Origin: a virus
DNA: 64,000 nucleotides
IMG/VR virus record: IMGVR_UViG_3300029105_000372
Strand: one strand, 5' to 3'
Shown here: one piece after another, positions 35,599 through 45,776 of the stretch
How the letters are laid out: every line of letters starts with the position of its first letter
How positions within the stretch are numbered: position 1 is the first letter of the stretch
Position numbers and translations under genes: made by a program
Notes under the pieces: generated by a model
Told to the model about the DNA's origin: nothing
The model's database searches: none
Seen by the model: the letters and a program-made list of their open reading frames with translations, nothing else

Positions 35599-35887
35599 CC
35601 GCCTGTCCGTTGCCGCGAACCATAATAATGCTATGGTCCATTGCTAGGTCATTTACGGCATCCTCGGATATGTTGCAATTCTTGGCTACTATCATATCAG
35701 GAGGAAAAGCATTCCCAAGTAACTGTTCAAATACTTCTTTCCCTCTCTGTTCTGTATCGTAAGCCGCAAGTGTGTAATCATCGGCGGTAATTCTTTTTCC
35801 GCTGAGTGCAATGCTTTTAACGTTGCCGATGTTCACTACGTTGCTACGGTCCTGATCTACAATATACATCTCTAATCCTCCAACCAC
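35552..35887 (-). CDS. hypothetical protein (111 aa)
   Basis: Intact ORF. Confidence 0.3.
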   Translation of the reverse strand: MVGGLEMYIVDQDRSNVVNIGNVKSIALSGKRITADDYTLAAYDTEQRGKEVFEQLLGNAFPPDMIVAKNCNISEDAVNDLAMDHSIIMVRGNGQADVTAYSCGVYYMPEE

Positions 35888-36666
35888 TTATTATCAAAAT
35901 AGCAGAACCCGAACACGGCTGCTCCGATCAGAATTACCCATACAACCCAGAAAATTACCAGCCCGGCAGTTCCGTTTGAAACCATATAGTCCACCGCTTC
36001 ATCTATCGTATCTGCCTGAATGAACGGTGTTCCGTCCTCTATGGTATTATCTTTGAGATTGGCATAGATAACTCCGCTGTATTCCGTGTTGATAACATAG
36101 TACAAATACCTCACATGGGACGATTGCTTAATTGTGTCATACAGGTAAGACCCCGGCATCTGGATTTTTCCATACGGAAACTCCACGCCAAGGAATGACA
36201 CCGTTTGACTATGGCTTTCCCAACTATCGTAGTAATCCCACGAATAATATACCTCCGTAGTGTAATAAGTCTGCGTTTTCCCATTTACCGTCCGTGTATG
36301 TGCCACCTGTCTCGTATGTCGGTTGTAGTGTTGTTCCTCAACCTTTATGTAGGCAGCTGGTACTCCACCTATTCCCGGATCTGTAACAGGATCTACTGCC
36401 ACCAGATTTCCTTTCACAAACGCATTTCCTACATCAGTTCGCATACCGTACTGAAACAGTTCTGCATTTCCATCAATCTGCATGGCTTGATAGTATTCCT
36501 GATTCTGTTCGTCATTGTGTGAAGCTATCTTTTCACTAATGAAAAATCCACCCATAAGCATGATAAGGATAATGACGATGCTAAACATCAGTTCACGCAC
36601 CGTCATATCCCAACCGTTGCCGGAGTAGATTATCTTACTCCATTTCCTCATAGGCTTATTCTCCAA
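35872..36666 (-). CDS. membrane protein with N- and C-terminal TM helices (264 aa)
   Basis: TM segments near residues 30-50 and 235-258. The adjacent LemA gene suggests an operon. Confidence 0.4.
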   Translation of the reverse strand: MENKPMRKWSKIIYSGNGWDMTVRELMFSIVIILIMLMGGFFISEKIASHNDEQNQEYYQAMQIDGNAELFQYGMRTDVGNAFVKGNLVAVDPVTDPGIGGVPAAYIKVEEQHYNRHTRQVAHTRTVNGKTQTYYTTEVYYSWDYYDSWESHSQTVSFLGVEFPYGKIQMPGSYLYDTIKQSSHVRYLYYVINTEYSGVIYANLKDNTIEDGTPFIQADTIDEAVDYMVSNGTAGLVIFWVVWVILIGAAVFGFCYFDNKWLED

Positions 36667-37207
36667 ACAGATTGCTTACCGGCTGTCTGTCCTCTTCGCT
36701 GTATTCCAGATAGTCATAATTGATAACCTCATATCCCATAACTCCCAAGATCTGCTTATGTGGGAATTTACGCACATATTTCTTATACGCCCTTACCTCG
36801 TTATTGTAGGCAGTGCGGTACTGCAGGATCATATTCTCTGTGGTTGAAAGTTCATTCATCAGTTCCTTGTAATTCTCGTTGGATTTTAATTCCGGGTATG
36901 CTTCGGCAACCGCAGCTATGGAAGTTGTCACATTCTCAATATCTGTGGTGCTGCCATTGTTTCCTCTTGCTTCTACGACATTAAGAAGAGTCTCTGCCTC
37001 ATGCTTATCGTACTCCTTGACGCAATCTGCCAGATTGTAGATAAGATCCGTTCTGCGTTTCTCCTGTGCCTGAATATCAGAGTCAGCCGTAAAGACCTGT
37101 TCCTCCAACGAAACCGCTCTGTTGTTGGTACTTACAAAAATTCCTGCTATCAGTAATACAAATGCGGCTACAATGCCGACAATAATCCATGTTCCTTTAT
37201 TTTTCAT
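36656..37207 (-). CDS. lemA: LemA-family protein (183 aa)
   Basis: N-terminal TM helix followed by LEEQVFTADSDIQAQEKRRTDLIYNLADCVKEYDKHEAETL, typical of LemA (PF04011). Confidence 0.6.
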   Translation of the reverse strand: MKNKGTWIIVGIVAAFVLLIAGIFVSTNNRAVSLEEQVFTADSDIQAQEKRRTDLIYNLADCVKEYDKHEAETLLNVVEARGNNGSTTDIENVTTSIAAVAEAYPELKSNENYKELMNELSTTENMILQYRTAYNNEVRAYKKYVRKFPHKQILGVMGYEVINYDYLEYSEEDRQPVSNLFGE

Positions 37208-37411
37208 TGTTGTTGCCCTCCATCTTTATCATAAATTTGTTTTCTGCCAATACGATTCCTCCGGGAGTTTCCGTGAATATTGGCTCTGTTCCGTTGTAAA
37301 TCTGAAATTCCACATCATTCCGGCAGACGGCATCTCCGCCGTCCATCGGAATAGCTGCCAGAACTTCTTTTGTATCGGTCTTATAGACCACCACCGTTGT
37401 CATATTGCACC

Positions 37412-38278
37412 TCACATGAAGTAATCATAACCGACACCATATTTTGCCATGATAAGACTCTTTGCCATCTCCTCTAGCTTCTGGTGTTCGGTCGCATCCA
37501 GATACACGCCCTCATAGGTTCCACCCTGGCATCCCATCCAATCGTACTTGCAATGTAAAAGTTCATGCACAAGATCCTTTTCCATGCAGTGTTTGAACAA
37601 TGTATTGTTCTCTTTGTAAGATTCATCGCTGAGTAACTGGATGTTCGCCTGACTGGATTCAAATACGAATGTGTTATACCCGGCAGCGTCAATTACCTCT
37701 TCTCCATTAGGATTCATAATTTTATCCTCAACGTGTGCCAATATCAGCCACCCATCAAGGAATAACCTGTGCTGCCACTCTCTCAGGCACTCTTCTAACT
37801 GCTCCTGGTCTTTGAATATGTCTATCGGTTTTCGTTTCCCATCTCTCTTTTTGAGAGTTCCACAAGTATTGTTCTCAAAAGCCGCACCGTCCGCAACGGA
37901 AAAGCACCATTTATCTCCATATCTGCGGCCGCACACATAATCCCCTATCTTTACCGGTATTTCGCATCCGCACTGATTTCCTACGTTGGTAATGAGTACC
38001 AGCCCACCTTTTACGGCGTTATGGTCTATGAAAAAGTTCTCTCCACTGGCAGTCATATAATCATCAATTTTCTTACCGCAAGTAAGCAGATCGAACATTT
38101 CACGCTGATTTTCCCCAGTCCACATCATGGTTTTTACTTCATCTGGGGACTGCGGTTTCAAGTTCAAATTATCCATCATTCGCTCTCCTTTACTTTCTTG
38201 GCAGATTTTACCTTGATTTTCTTTCTGCCGAACTGTTGATATACCAGAGCAGAAGCATGAACACTGTCCGTACTGCAT
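37412..38278 (-). CDS. HExxH zinc-metallopeptidase-like protein (288 aa)
   Basis: LVHELLHCKYDW motif near the C-terminus. The true start is probably at the internal MMDNLN. Confidence 0.4.
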   Translation of the reverse strand: MQYGQCSCFCSGISTVRQKENQGKICQESKGERMMDNLNLKPQSPDEVKTMMWTGENQREMFDLLTCGKKIDDYMTASGENFFIDHNAVKGGLVLITNVGNQCGCEIPVKIGDYVCGRRYGDKWCFSVADGAAFENNTCGTLKKRDGKRKPIDIFKDQEQLEECLREWQHRLFLDGWLILAHVEDKIMNPNGEEVIDAAGYNTFVFESSQANIQLLSDESYKENNTLFKHCMEKDLVHELLHCKYDWMGCQGGTYEGVYLDATEHQKLEEMAKSLIMAKYGVGYDYFM

Positions 38279-38528
38279 ACGGTAACGGTTCTGCGGATTG
38301 GTTTTCTCTCAATGGTTTCAAACACTACTTTGTACCACCGTTGTTTCATTGGTTCTGCCCTCCTGTATTCTTCCGTATATTCTTTCGCACTTTTCGGCGT
38401 GTTCACATCTGATTGTGGTTAATACCTTTTGGGTCTGATCCGCTAATACAGTAATATCAGCCTTATCAACGTCAGCTTCAAAATCAGGGCAGAAAGCACA
38501 ATAATCTTTCACTCTGAGTTCCATTCCA

Positions 38529-39146
38529 TTATCCATGACAGCCCACCGCCTTTAACATACTGATTTTCTCTACCAGAACATCAACCGTTGCGTTGAGCTT
38601 GCTGTTCTTAATGCAAACTTCCTGATAATCCTCATATAATTTTCCACCATTCAGCATTTCAGTCTGTTCCTTGACTGTGGCATCCAGCTCTGCATTGAAA
38701 CTTTCAAGCTGTTCAATCTGTTTCCTCAGATTATCATTCTCTTTTTCTACTTTCGCATTTCTTTCTTCCAGAGATTTCTTGTTTGCTTTCAGTTTTTCAA
38801 CCTCGCTCGTAAGTTCTCCGAGTTTCTTTATCATTTCCTGCTCAGACATGGTTCCCTTTTCCTCCGTCTCTTCTACTCCGAGAAGTACCTTAATCTGTTT
38901 CTTTGAAACGTGATATGTCATTGCAAGGGCGGCTATGGATTCCCCGGAAGAATACTTTTGCTCAATCTCTGTTTTCTTCACGGAAATATCCACACCATTC
39001 GTATTGAACATACGCTTGTAACCGCCCTCTTCCAGAATTTCTACTATTGTCTGCGTGTCGCACACATTCAAGTCCGCAAGAATGGGTATCTGTCTCTTAT
39101 GGTTCTTCGCCAAGCGGTAATCCATTAAGATTTGTCCCTTATCCAT
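38529..39146 (-). CDS. HTH plus coiled-coil protein (205 aa)
   Basis: N-terminal DNA-binding-like region and a C-terminal heptad-rich segment (EKLKANKKSLEERNAKVEKENDNLRKQIEQLE). Confidence 0.35.
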   Translation of the reverse strand: MDKGQILMDYRLAKNHKRQIPILADLNVCDTQTIVEILEEGGYKRMFNTNGVDISVKKTEIEQKYSSGESIAALAMTYHVSKKQIKVLLGVEETEEKGTMSEQEMIKKLGELTSEVEKLKANKKSLEERNAKVEKENDNLRKQIEQLESFNAELDATVKEQTEMLNGGKLYEDYQEVCIKNSKLNATVDVLVEKISMLKAVGCHG

Positions 39147-39759
39147 TCTTACCTCCCTGTTTTACCCCCCCCACGGAGAAAAAGTCCTCATATATCGCTT
39201 TGATAACTTCCGCATCGTAGAGTGCATTGTGTTTTTGACCTTTCGGCAAATCAATTCCTCTGTTTGTAAGGAGCTGTTCTCTCGAAATGTCAAAAGCTGC
39301 CTTTTCTGAAATATCAAGCATCGTTGCAATGTCCTGATTGATGTCGTGACAAGCCGGTGTAATAAACTCAGGCAACTTCATAGCGTTTCCTGCCAATAAG
39401 TCAATCAGTAACACCATATCGTAATGCGAGACATCTGAAACGAATACCGCAGCATAATCACTGTCAAAATTAGCGTCCATTTCAAGCCATTCCATAAGTT
39501 CGCAACAAACATCTGCCTTACTGCCGATTACAGTCGTTGTTTTATTGTCGGCTGCCAGGCTTTCTTCTAACTCCGCATTGCCACTCAAAACCAAATGATC
39601 GAGAACATTCTTCTCAATCCATTCATCACACATACCCTCATCATAGTCCGTCAACTCTGCATAGAACCTATCTCCTGTGTCTGAGACAATTCCTATGCTG
39701 ATAAGAGTTGTGTCCTTACGCAGACCAGTAAACTCTGTGTCAAAAAAATAGGTTCTCAT
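39139..39759 (-). CDS. DEDD-family 3'-5' exonuclease (DnaQ-like; 206 aa)
   Basis: Exo I motif FFDTEFTGL and Exo III-like HNALYDAEVIKAIYEDF. A G8 tract (39175-39182) lies in its last codons. Confidence 0.6.
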   Translation of the reverse strand: MRTYFFDTEFTGLRKDTTLISIGIVSDTGDRFYAELTDYDEGMCDEWIEKNVLDHLVLSGNAELEESLAADNKTTTVIGSKADVCCELMEWLEMDANFDSDYAAVFVSDVSHYDMVLLIDLLAGNAMKLPEFITPACHDINQDIATMLDISEKAAFDISREQLLTNRGIDLPKGQKHNALYDAEVIKAIYEDFFSVGGVKQGGKNG

Positions 39760-40001
39760 GTGGTTTCCTCCGTTTCGTTTGGGATCTCCGGCACAGATTC
39801 AAAATTCACTCTCAGATACCGTTCAAACAGTGAAGTGCAAACCATTGTGTAGCTATATACTTCTTTGTCAAGAACCTCATCCTTGATAGAATCCGTAATC
39901 TGAGTCATCATAATTGCTGCCGGAGCTGTTGATTTCTCATTCTCAAATGCTTTCAGCATAATGTTTCCGTCATATCCTTTGGCAAATTCCCTCAGAGTCA
40001 T
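39756..40001 (-). CDS. hypothetical protein (81 aa)
   Basis: Intact ORF. Confidence 0.3.
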   Translation of the reverse strand: MTLREFAKGYDGNIMLKAFENEKSTAPAAIMMTQITDSIKDEVLDKEVYSYTMVCTSLFERYLRVNFESVPEIPNETEETT

Positions 40002-40004
40002 TGG

Positions 40005-40928
40005 TTATTCCTCCGATTTCTGTGCCTTTTTAGCTTTCTTGGCAGCTTTCTTTGCCTCTTTCTCAGACTGTGCCATCTCAGGAATGAACTCACGGAAAAT
40101 GTTGTTGTAATTTCCGTTGTTGCCGGCCCATTTCTTCACGATAGCCATAGCCAGACCGGCTTCCTCAGAATAGGTATCAGCCTTTTTAGGCTTACGAATG
40201 GTTACTTCCTTGCCATCAACAACCTTTTTCTTGATTTCCACATTATCCATGCAGTTTACAACCGTCTTTGTGCCGTCAGACCAAAATACGATTGTTGCCG
40301 GATTCTGGAACAGGACTTTCTCGATACCGTATGCTCCAATAGGCTTGTCCTCAACCATTGCTTCTACACACAGTTTGTCGCAACGATACGGGCTGCCGCA
40401 TACATGATTGATCTTTCCAGCGTAAGTCGTGCCGTCCTCGCACTCAATAGTTACTCTCTTAAATTTCTTGTCCGCTAAACTTCTATCCATATTGTCCTCC
40501 TTAATACCTAACTGGTTATAAATGTCTCTAAACGATGTTTCTCCCGGAATAGCGCATGACGCTATAACCTGATCTCTTAACAATCCGATTGTGGCATTTT
40601 GACATTTCTGTGAAAAATCCTCTGTGATACTCGCAACCGGTATATCATCAAAATCCGGCCATGGTTCTCCGAGACAGCGTGCTCTTTCGATGCTCACTCT
40701 CCGCCACTGTTCTGCCGATGATGTTGCCGTTACCTGTCTTGCATTTTCCCACCATCGGTTTTCGGTAAATGCCGAGTGTTGCATCACTCTGTCAAATGTT
40801 TGTAATGGTGGTATCAGCCGTTCTTTCGGTAATCCAAAGCGTTCAAAACCCTGCATGGCAAACGCTATCGGATCGGGTAAATGTGCCGCTTCTGGCGGTC
40901 TCCACGGCTTCTTTTCTTTCTCTTCCAT
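40005..40928 (-). CDS. hypothetical protein with Lys-rich C-terminus (307 aa)
   Basis: Intact ORF with a C-terminal EKEAKKAAKKAKKAQKSEE tail. Confidence 0.35.
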   Translation of the reverse strand: MEEKEKKPWRPPEAAHLPDPIAFAMQGFERFGLPKERLIPPLQTFDRVMQHSAFTENRWWENARQVTATSSAEQWRRVSIERARCLGEPWPDFDDIPVASITEDFSQKCQNATIGLLRDQVIASCAIPGETSFRDIYNQLGIKEDNMDRSLADKKFKRVTIECEDGTTYAGKINHVCGSPYRCDKLCVEAMVEDKPIGAYGIEKVLFQNPATIVFWSDGTKTVVNCMDNVEIKKKVVDGKEVTIRKPKKADTYSEEAGLAMAIVKKWAGNNGNYNNIFREFIPEMAQSEKEAKKAAKKAKKAQKSEE

Positions 40929-40952
40929 TGGTGTCCTCCTTGTGATTTATTA

Positions 40953-41279
40953 TCAAGGGTGGTATGCCCTTAATCTCATGTTGAAATTGTTCTCGATTTT
41001 CGCCACAACGCAGTCCTTTTTCAGTATGCACTTGGCACATTTTTCGAGATTCCTGTAAGGTTCTCTGCCAAAACACGGTTGAAACAGTTTGTTTATGGCA
41101 GATTTCTTCATTTTCACTTCAAAAGGTATTTCAAATCCCTCTTTCAGATGAGAAATATCCGGCATATCATACTCTTCATCCAGTGTAGGCTCGGATATTT
41201 CCTTAATTTCCGCAAGCGGTATGGGATCTCCGAGCCGTTCATCCATGATAAAGAGCTGTGGTTTGGTCTCATTTTCCAT
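40953..41279 (-). CDS. hypothetical protein (108 aa)
   Basis: Intact ORF. Confidence 0.3.
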   Translation of the reverse strand: MENETKPQLFIMDERLGDPIPLAEIKEISEPTLDEEYDMPDISHLKEGFEIPFEVKMKKSAINKLFQPCFGREPYRNLEKCAKCILKKDCVVAKIENNFNMRLRAYHP

Positions 41280-41288
41280 ACATACCCC

Positions 41289-41552
41289 CTACGCCTCTAT
41301 CAGTGTGAATACACGCCTATATACATCCTTGTCCGGCAGAAGCGACAGCCTATTCAGTGTTGTACCTCCAAGATACACGTTAAATGTGCAATCCCCTATG
41401 GTTAATGTTCCTATGCTGCCCGGATCGTTCAGATCCACTTGTACGCTATTGTGCTTGTTTAATATCGCCCGTATGGTCCTGCATACTTCCTCATTTTCTT
41501 TTTCTGATGCAAGGCAATCAAAACACGGATTTTTATTCTTTGATGATCTCAT
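41289..41552 (-). CDS. hypothetical protein (87 aa)
   Basis: Intact ORF. Confidence 0.3.
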   Translation of the reverse strand: MRSSKNKNPCFDCLASEKENEEVCRTIRAILNKHNSVQVDLNDPGSIGTLTIGDCTFNVYLGGTTLNRLSLLPDKDVYRRVFTLIEA

Positions 41553-41720
41553 AATATTCTCCCTCGCACTCTTTCGGAGCCATAGTTCCCCATCCGTCAG
41601 CCTTTCTCAGCTCATAATGGGTCCCTCTGTCGATGGCAAAAAGTTCTTCGCCCTTATCAATATTCATTTCCATATTCTTCTCGATGTCATTTACGACAAT
41701 ATTCTGTAAGAAACGTGCTA

Positions 41721-42017
41721 TCATGTCTCTTTCTCCTTTATCACTTCGGCAAACGCCGGATTCTCATGCAGCTTTTCAGTAGACCATCCCATGTGATGAT
41801 ACAGTTTTTCCATAAATTCAAGGCACTCTGCCTTATCATACGCAAGTAGGAAACACAGTAATTGTTCTCTGTTATACATCACTGACGGTCCGGCTCCCAT
41901 TTTGATGTAATCGTAATCTGGGTAACGTACCTGAAACTCATTCGGTGCTGCTGCCAGTATCTCAAATTTCACTTCTGGTCTATGCGGTTCTCTTATGCAA
42001 TGCCTGAATGGTATCAT
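41721..42017 (-). CDS. hypothetical protein (98 aa)
   Basis: Intact ORF. Confidence 0.3.
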   Translation of the reverse strand: MIPFRHCIREPHRPEVKFEILAAAPNEFQVRYPDYDYIKMGAGPSVMYNREQLLCFLLAYDKAECLEFMEKLYHHMGWSTEKLHENPAFAEVIKEKET

Positions 42018-42040
42018 GTTCTATCCCTCACTCTCTTCTC

Positions 42041-42283
42041 TCATCTCTCATGTTTTCGTGCCATTTGTTCCTCATCAACCGTAAGTGAAAGTTCTCCGGC
42101 ACACTGCACAACATCCGTGTATTCCTCCTGGATATTGTCAATGGCTTCTTTCTCAGTAACCGGTGTCGGATTCTCTTTTCGGATGATCCTTGCCATTTTG
42201 AGTGCTGCCTTTGCAAGTTCGGTACATTCCTCTGCAAGCTGTTCCAACATTGCAGCTTCGCCAATTTCTTCAATAATTTTCAT
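42041..42283 (-). CDS. MazG-like nucleotide pyrophosphohydrolase (80 aa)
   Basis: EIGEAAMLEQLAEECTELAKA ... EEYTDVV shows the EExxE/EExxD spacing of MazG-type all-alpha NTP pyrophosphatases. Confidence 0.45.
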   Translation of the reverse strand: MKIIEEIGEAAMLEQLAEECTELAKAALKMARIIRKENPTPVTEKEAIDNIQEEYTDVVQCAGELSLTVDEEQMARKHER

Positions 42284-42540
42284 TATCTCTCCCTCTTTTT
42301 GATAACTTTAAGTCTATCCAGTGGATATGTCTCCACTTTGCCATCTTCCAGAACGACAACCGCTTTTGTGCCAAGCAGGCTCGTGATTGTATCTATCCAT
42401 GTTCCTTTTCTATTCTCACAGTGAGTACAATCTGGTATCTCATTGCACATATCAGCAATATCGTTACAGAATTTGCACTCTGCATAGCTTCTTGTGATTT
42501 CTACCGGTCTATCCATTTCGCACATCCTCCGATACGTCAA
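42283..42540 (-). CDS. Cys-rich small protein (85 aa)
   Basis: CKFCN...CTHCEN Zn-ribbon-like motifs. Confidence 0.3.
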   Translation of the reverse strand: MTYRRMCEMDRPVEITRSYAECKFCNDIADMCNEIPDCTHCENRKGTWIDTITSLLGTKAVVVLEDGKVETYPLDRLKVIKKRER

Positions 42541-42546
42541 AATTCT

Positions 42547-42843
42547 CTAAATGCTCATATTCGACAGTTTCTTGTCTGATTTCAATTTGATTTTCGCTAT
42601 GCGTTTCTGTTCCCTATCCATCTTTTTGATGCACTTATCCAACTGCCTTGCGTATGGACTGCTATTCGGGTCTGAGCACTCCATGATAAAAGCCTCTCTG
42701 TGTGGAGACTGATAAGGGCTTTTGTATCTGTATTTTTCGTATTCTCTTCTCTCTGCCACTATCAGAATCACAATTTTCAATACAAACCACGCTGTATTGA
42801 GCAAAACTAACCCTACGATAACCGCAACAACCGTCTTTACCAT
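42547..42843 (-). CDS. small membrane protein (98 aa)
   Basis: N-terminal hydrophobic helix. Confidence 0.3.
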   Translation of the reverse strand: MVKTVVAVIVGLVLLNTAWFVLKIVILIVAERREYEKYRYKSPYQSPHREAFIMECSDPNSSPYARQLDKCIKKMDREQKRIAKIKLKSDKKLSNMSI

Positions 42844-43146
42844 CTCTCTTCCTCCGTCTTTTACACTAAAAATTTCTCAATTCTTATCTCTCCGCATTTC
42901 TTACACCCGCATCTGCATACATCGTACTTAAAACCGCTGTAATCATGTGCCGTCCAGAGGACTTCCAACACTTCCCACTCATGCCTGCACGAAAGAAAAC
43001 ACGATACCAAAATCTTGTCAAATAACCTTTTGTACCACGGTTCCTTGTGCCAAGACCTCTTTTTATTTTCCGGGGAATTTTTGGAATTGCTGTTTTCATT
43101 GCTCATCCGGTTTTACCTCCTATGAGGCGTAAGCCTCCGCCGATTT

Positions 43147-43449
43147 TTAATTTTTGCCTGTTATTGTTTCTACGAGCAGACGTGATGGCACCCTCGTTAT
43201 GAGGTCATTACACATTTGATTCAGACGATGGTTTTCATCCGCAAGCGTATTTACCATGAGGTACAATCCCTCTTCTCTTGTAAGTTCTCCGCGCTCTATC
43301 ATCTGCCATACTCGGAATACCGTTGCATTGTTTCTGATATGCGTTTCAGAGATCCCTACGGTGTATGCCTCTGTCATGCAGTCCGGTTGAACTTCCGCAG
43401 TGTGTCCTCTTTCCATTTGTCCCATGCGGTCTGTTTCTTCTCTCTGCAT
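43147..43449 (-). CDS. hypothetical protein (100 aa)
   Basis: Intact ORF preceding a T-rich intergenic region. Confidence 0.3.
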   Translation of the reverse strand: MQREETDRMGQMERGHTAEVQPDCMTEAYTVGISETHIRNNATVFRVWQMIERGELTREEGLYLMVNTLADENHRLNQMCNDLITRVPSRLLVETITGKN

Positions 43450-43847
43450 ACTTCCGCCTCTCTCTGCTTATTCTGTGTTGCTGTTTCTTTGTTCTGTTCC
43501 ATATTTCTCTCTTTCTATGCCGGTAGGCATCCGCCGATTTTGGATTTTGTGGTTTTGTAAAGTCCTCACTTTCCTTTTGTTATTCGGATGCCGTGTTTAT
43601 ACTTACATTGTAAATTGGGTGGTTTACGGTAATAGGGTTCTTTGCCATTTTACGATTGGGGTGGTTTTGGGCTTTTTAATTTTTCGGGAACTCAGAGGGG
43701 TGAGTTGCCCCTGATCCGCTCCGCTCTACACCCCCGCCCCAGGGTATAAGCTGCCGGACCTGTCCCCGGATCGTCACACCAGAACCGCCGGAAACGTGCC
43801 GGAGTTCGTAAAAGTAAAAGAAAACGAACCGCAAAACCGCATAAACT

Positions 43848-44486
43848 CTATATATTTATATCTCCGTCCGTGTCTGCCGGATCTTTTCCGCTCATTTCCA
43901 CCGGTAAACGCTGCGCGATCTCTGCCGCCGTTGGCAGTTCTGCCGCCTGCTTGCCTACGTTTAAATCTATCTTTTGTGCCGCCTGCGTGTAGCCGTGGTT
44001 GTTGTTCATGTCCGTAGCAAATACGATCGGCGGGATCTTGCCAGCAAAAGCGAGTTGTTTCTTAAATGCTGCAATACTGGTTTTCAGTCTTTTTATTGTG
44101 TCAGAATACGCACCAGGGCGGGCAGTTTCCCAATTATTAAGGGTTTCCCTAGAAATACCGGCAAAACTACAAAACCCCTCTACATCAGGCACCAAACGCA
44201 CACCCTCCGCCGCTCTATCCTTAATATATAAAATGTATTTTTCCGCTACCTCTGTAAATTCTTCTACAGTTTCTAACTTCCTAGGCCGTCCCCCTTTGTT
44301 CTGTACCTCTCCGCCCTCCGGCGTTTCCTCTGTCTGTAAGAATCCAGTTAAAAAGGCATCACATAAAGCCGCCGTTGTTTCTGCGTCCGTTGGTTCATAG
44401 TCGCGCCCCTCCTTAAAACGTTTATAGCTCTGCTTCCTTACTCCGTTTTCGTCTCTCTGTGCCGTTTCTTTCTTCTCTGTTGCCAT
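43848..44486 (-). CDS. terminase small subunit-like protein (212 aa)
   Basis: GGRPRK (AT-hook-like), then TVEEFTEVAEKY ... PDVEGFCSFAGISRETLNNWE. Pattern recalled from Firmicutes phage TerS proteins. Confidence 0.4.
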   Translation of the reverse strand: MATEKKETAQRDENGVRKQSYKRFKEGRDYEPTDAETTAALCDAFLTGFLQTEETPEGGEVQNKGGRPRKLETVEEFTEVAEKYILYIKDRAAEGVRLVPDVEGFCSFAGISRETLNNWETARPGAYSDTIKRLKTSIAAFKKQLAFAGKIPPIVFATDMNNNHGYTQAAQKIDLNVGKQAAELPTAAEIAQRLPVEMSGKDPADTDGDINI

Positions 44487-44622
44487 CTCTGCGCCCTCCT
44501 TTCCTCTGTGCCCTCTGTGGCGGTCTTACACTGTCACACGGGCAAAATAAAAAGGACACCGGGAAAAGCTGCTTTTTCGCTTCTCTCTGTGCCCTACGTT
44601 CTACTTTTTCGGCTATCCTTAT

Positions 44623-44988
44623 TTATTTTATATGTGGATCTGCTCCGCCCTCCGGCGGCTCTGTTATTTCTATCTCTATACCGCAACCAATGGCGGCGGC
44701 GTATTTCTCCATATCGTCAAGCGTGAACTTGTCGGCGTTTAGTCTCTGGTTTACGTTCTGCCGGGACACGCCCAGACGATCCGCCACCTCTTGCACCGAT
44801 ACCCCGCGCCGTTTCATCATAACGCGCATTTTTTCGCCAAAACTCAACCGCACCGGCTCCGCCCTCCTTTCTCTCTGTACCCCTTTAATATATAGGAATC
44901 TGCGCCGCCTGTCAAGTCTGCCGTTTACATGGTAAACACTGCGCCGGGGTTTTCTTGCACTTTGTAAAGTGTACAATTTACACAACAA
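44623..44988 (-). CDS. XRE-family HTH repressor (CI-like; 121 aa)
   Basis: RRGVSVQEVADRLGVSRQNVNQRLNADKFTLDDM HTH motif. Divergent from a strong rightward promoter. Confidence 0.65.
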   Translation of the reverse strand: MLCKLYTLQSARKPRRSVYHVNGRLDRRRRFLYIKGVQRERRAEPVRLSFGEKMRVMMKRRGVSVQEVADRLGVSRQNVNQRLNADKFTLDDMEKYAAAIGCGIEIEITEPPEGGADPHIK

Positions 44989-45055
44989 ACCGCCCTTATT
45001 TTGTTTAGTCGGCTATACATATTTCACAAACCGCAATAATTTGTAAATTTTCCGC

Positions 45056-45084
45056 TTGACTTTGTAAAGAATACGCTTTACAAT
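45056..45084 (+). promoter_or_regulatory. sigma-70-type promoter (TTGACT-17-TACAAT) with embedded TTTGTAAAG operator-like repeat
   Basis: -35 TTGACT at 45056-45061, 17-nt spacer, -10 TACAAT at 45079-45084. The motif TTTGTAAAG recurs at 44961-44969, 45061-45069 and 43554-43562. Confidence 0.45.
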
Positions 45085-45776
45085 ACAAGCATAAAGAACG
45101 AACCGCAACGGACAACAACGAACCGCCGGACGTTCAACAAAACAAACAAGCGCAGGCAAGGGCGCACGGTGTACCCCAAAAGAACAACGCACCGCAGACC
45201 GGACCAAGGGAACCAACCCGGACCAAGGCAACGGCGGCGCGGCACTTATTAAGACGAGACCGAAACACACGCCCCACCGCCTCCGGCTTGTATCTCCTGT
45301 GAGGGCTGCCCCTGTGGTAATGAGTGCATATATCAGGCAAAAGGAAAATTGTAAACCTGTGCTAGGGTGTACCAATTCACACCGCACATATAAAAAAGAT
45401 AATTAAGTTATTGGAAGTATGAAAGCACTTTGAAACTTTCAGAACCGCACGAGATCGGGAAAGCGGTATAAAACCGGCCCGGCATCGAGTGAAAGCAGTT
45501 AGCACTCTAACAATGATTAACGCCCCCGACGCTCCCAGGGGAAAGCGGGAACCGCTCCGGAACTATTGAGCCGGGGCGATGGCTGGAACGAGTTGCCTAT
45601 ATACACGCAGCATAAAAGGGAATAGGACAGGCGAACCCCTGCAAGCCGCCGTCTGCAAGTCTGACGCAAACGACTTTGAAACAAAATAAAAAAGGGCGAT
45701 CCGCTACACCTACCAAGCGACACGGACCGCCGCCACCCCTCCGGGGCTTGTCTCCTATTATAACAGGCTTTCCCGG

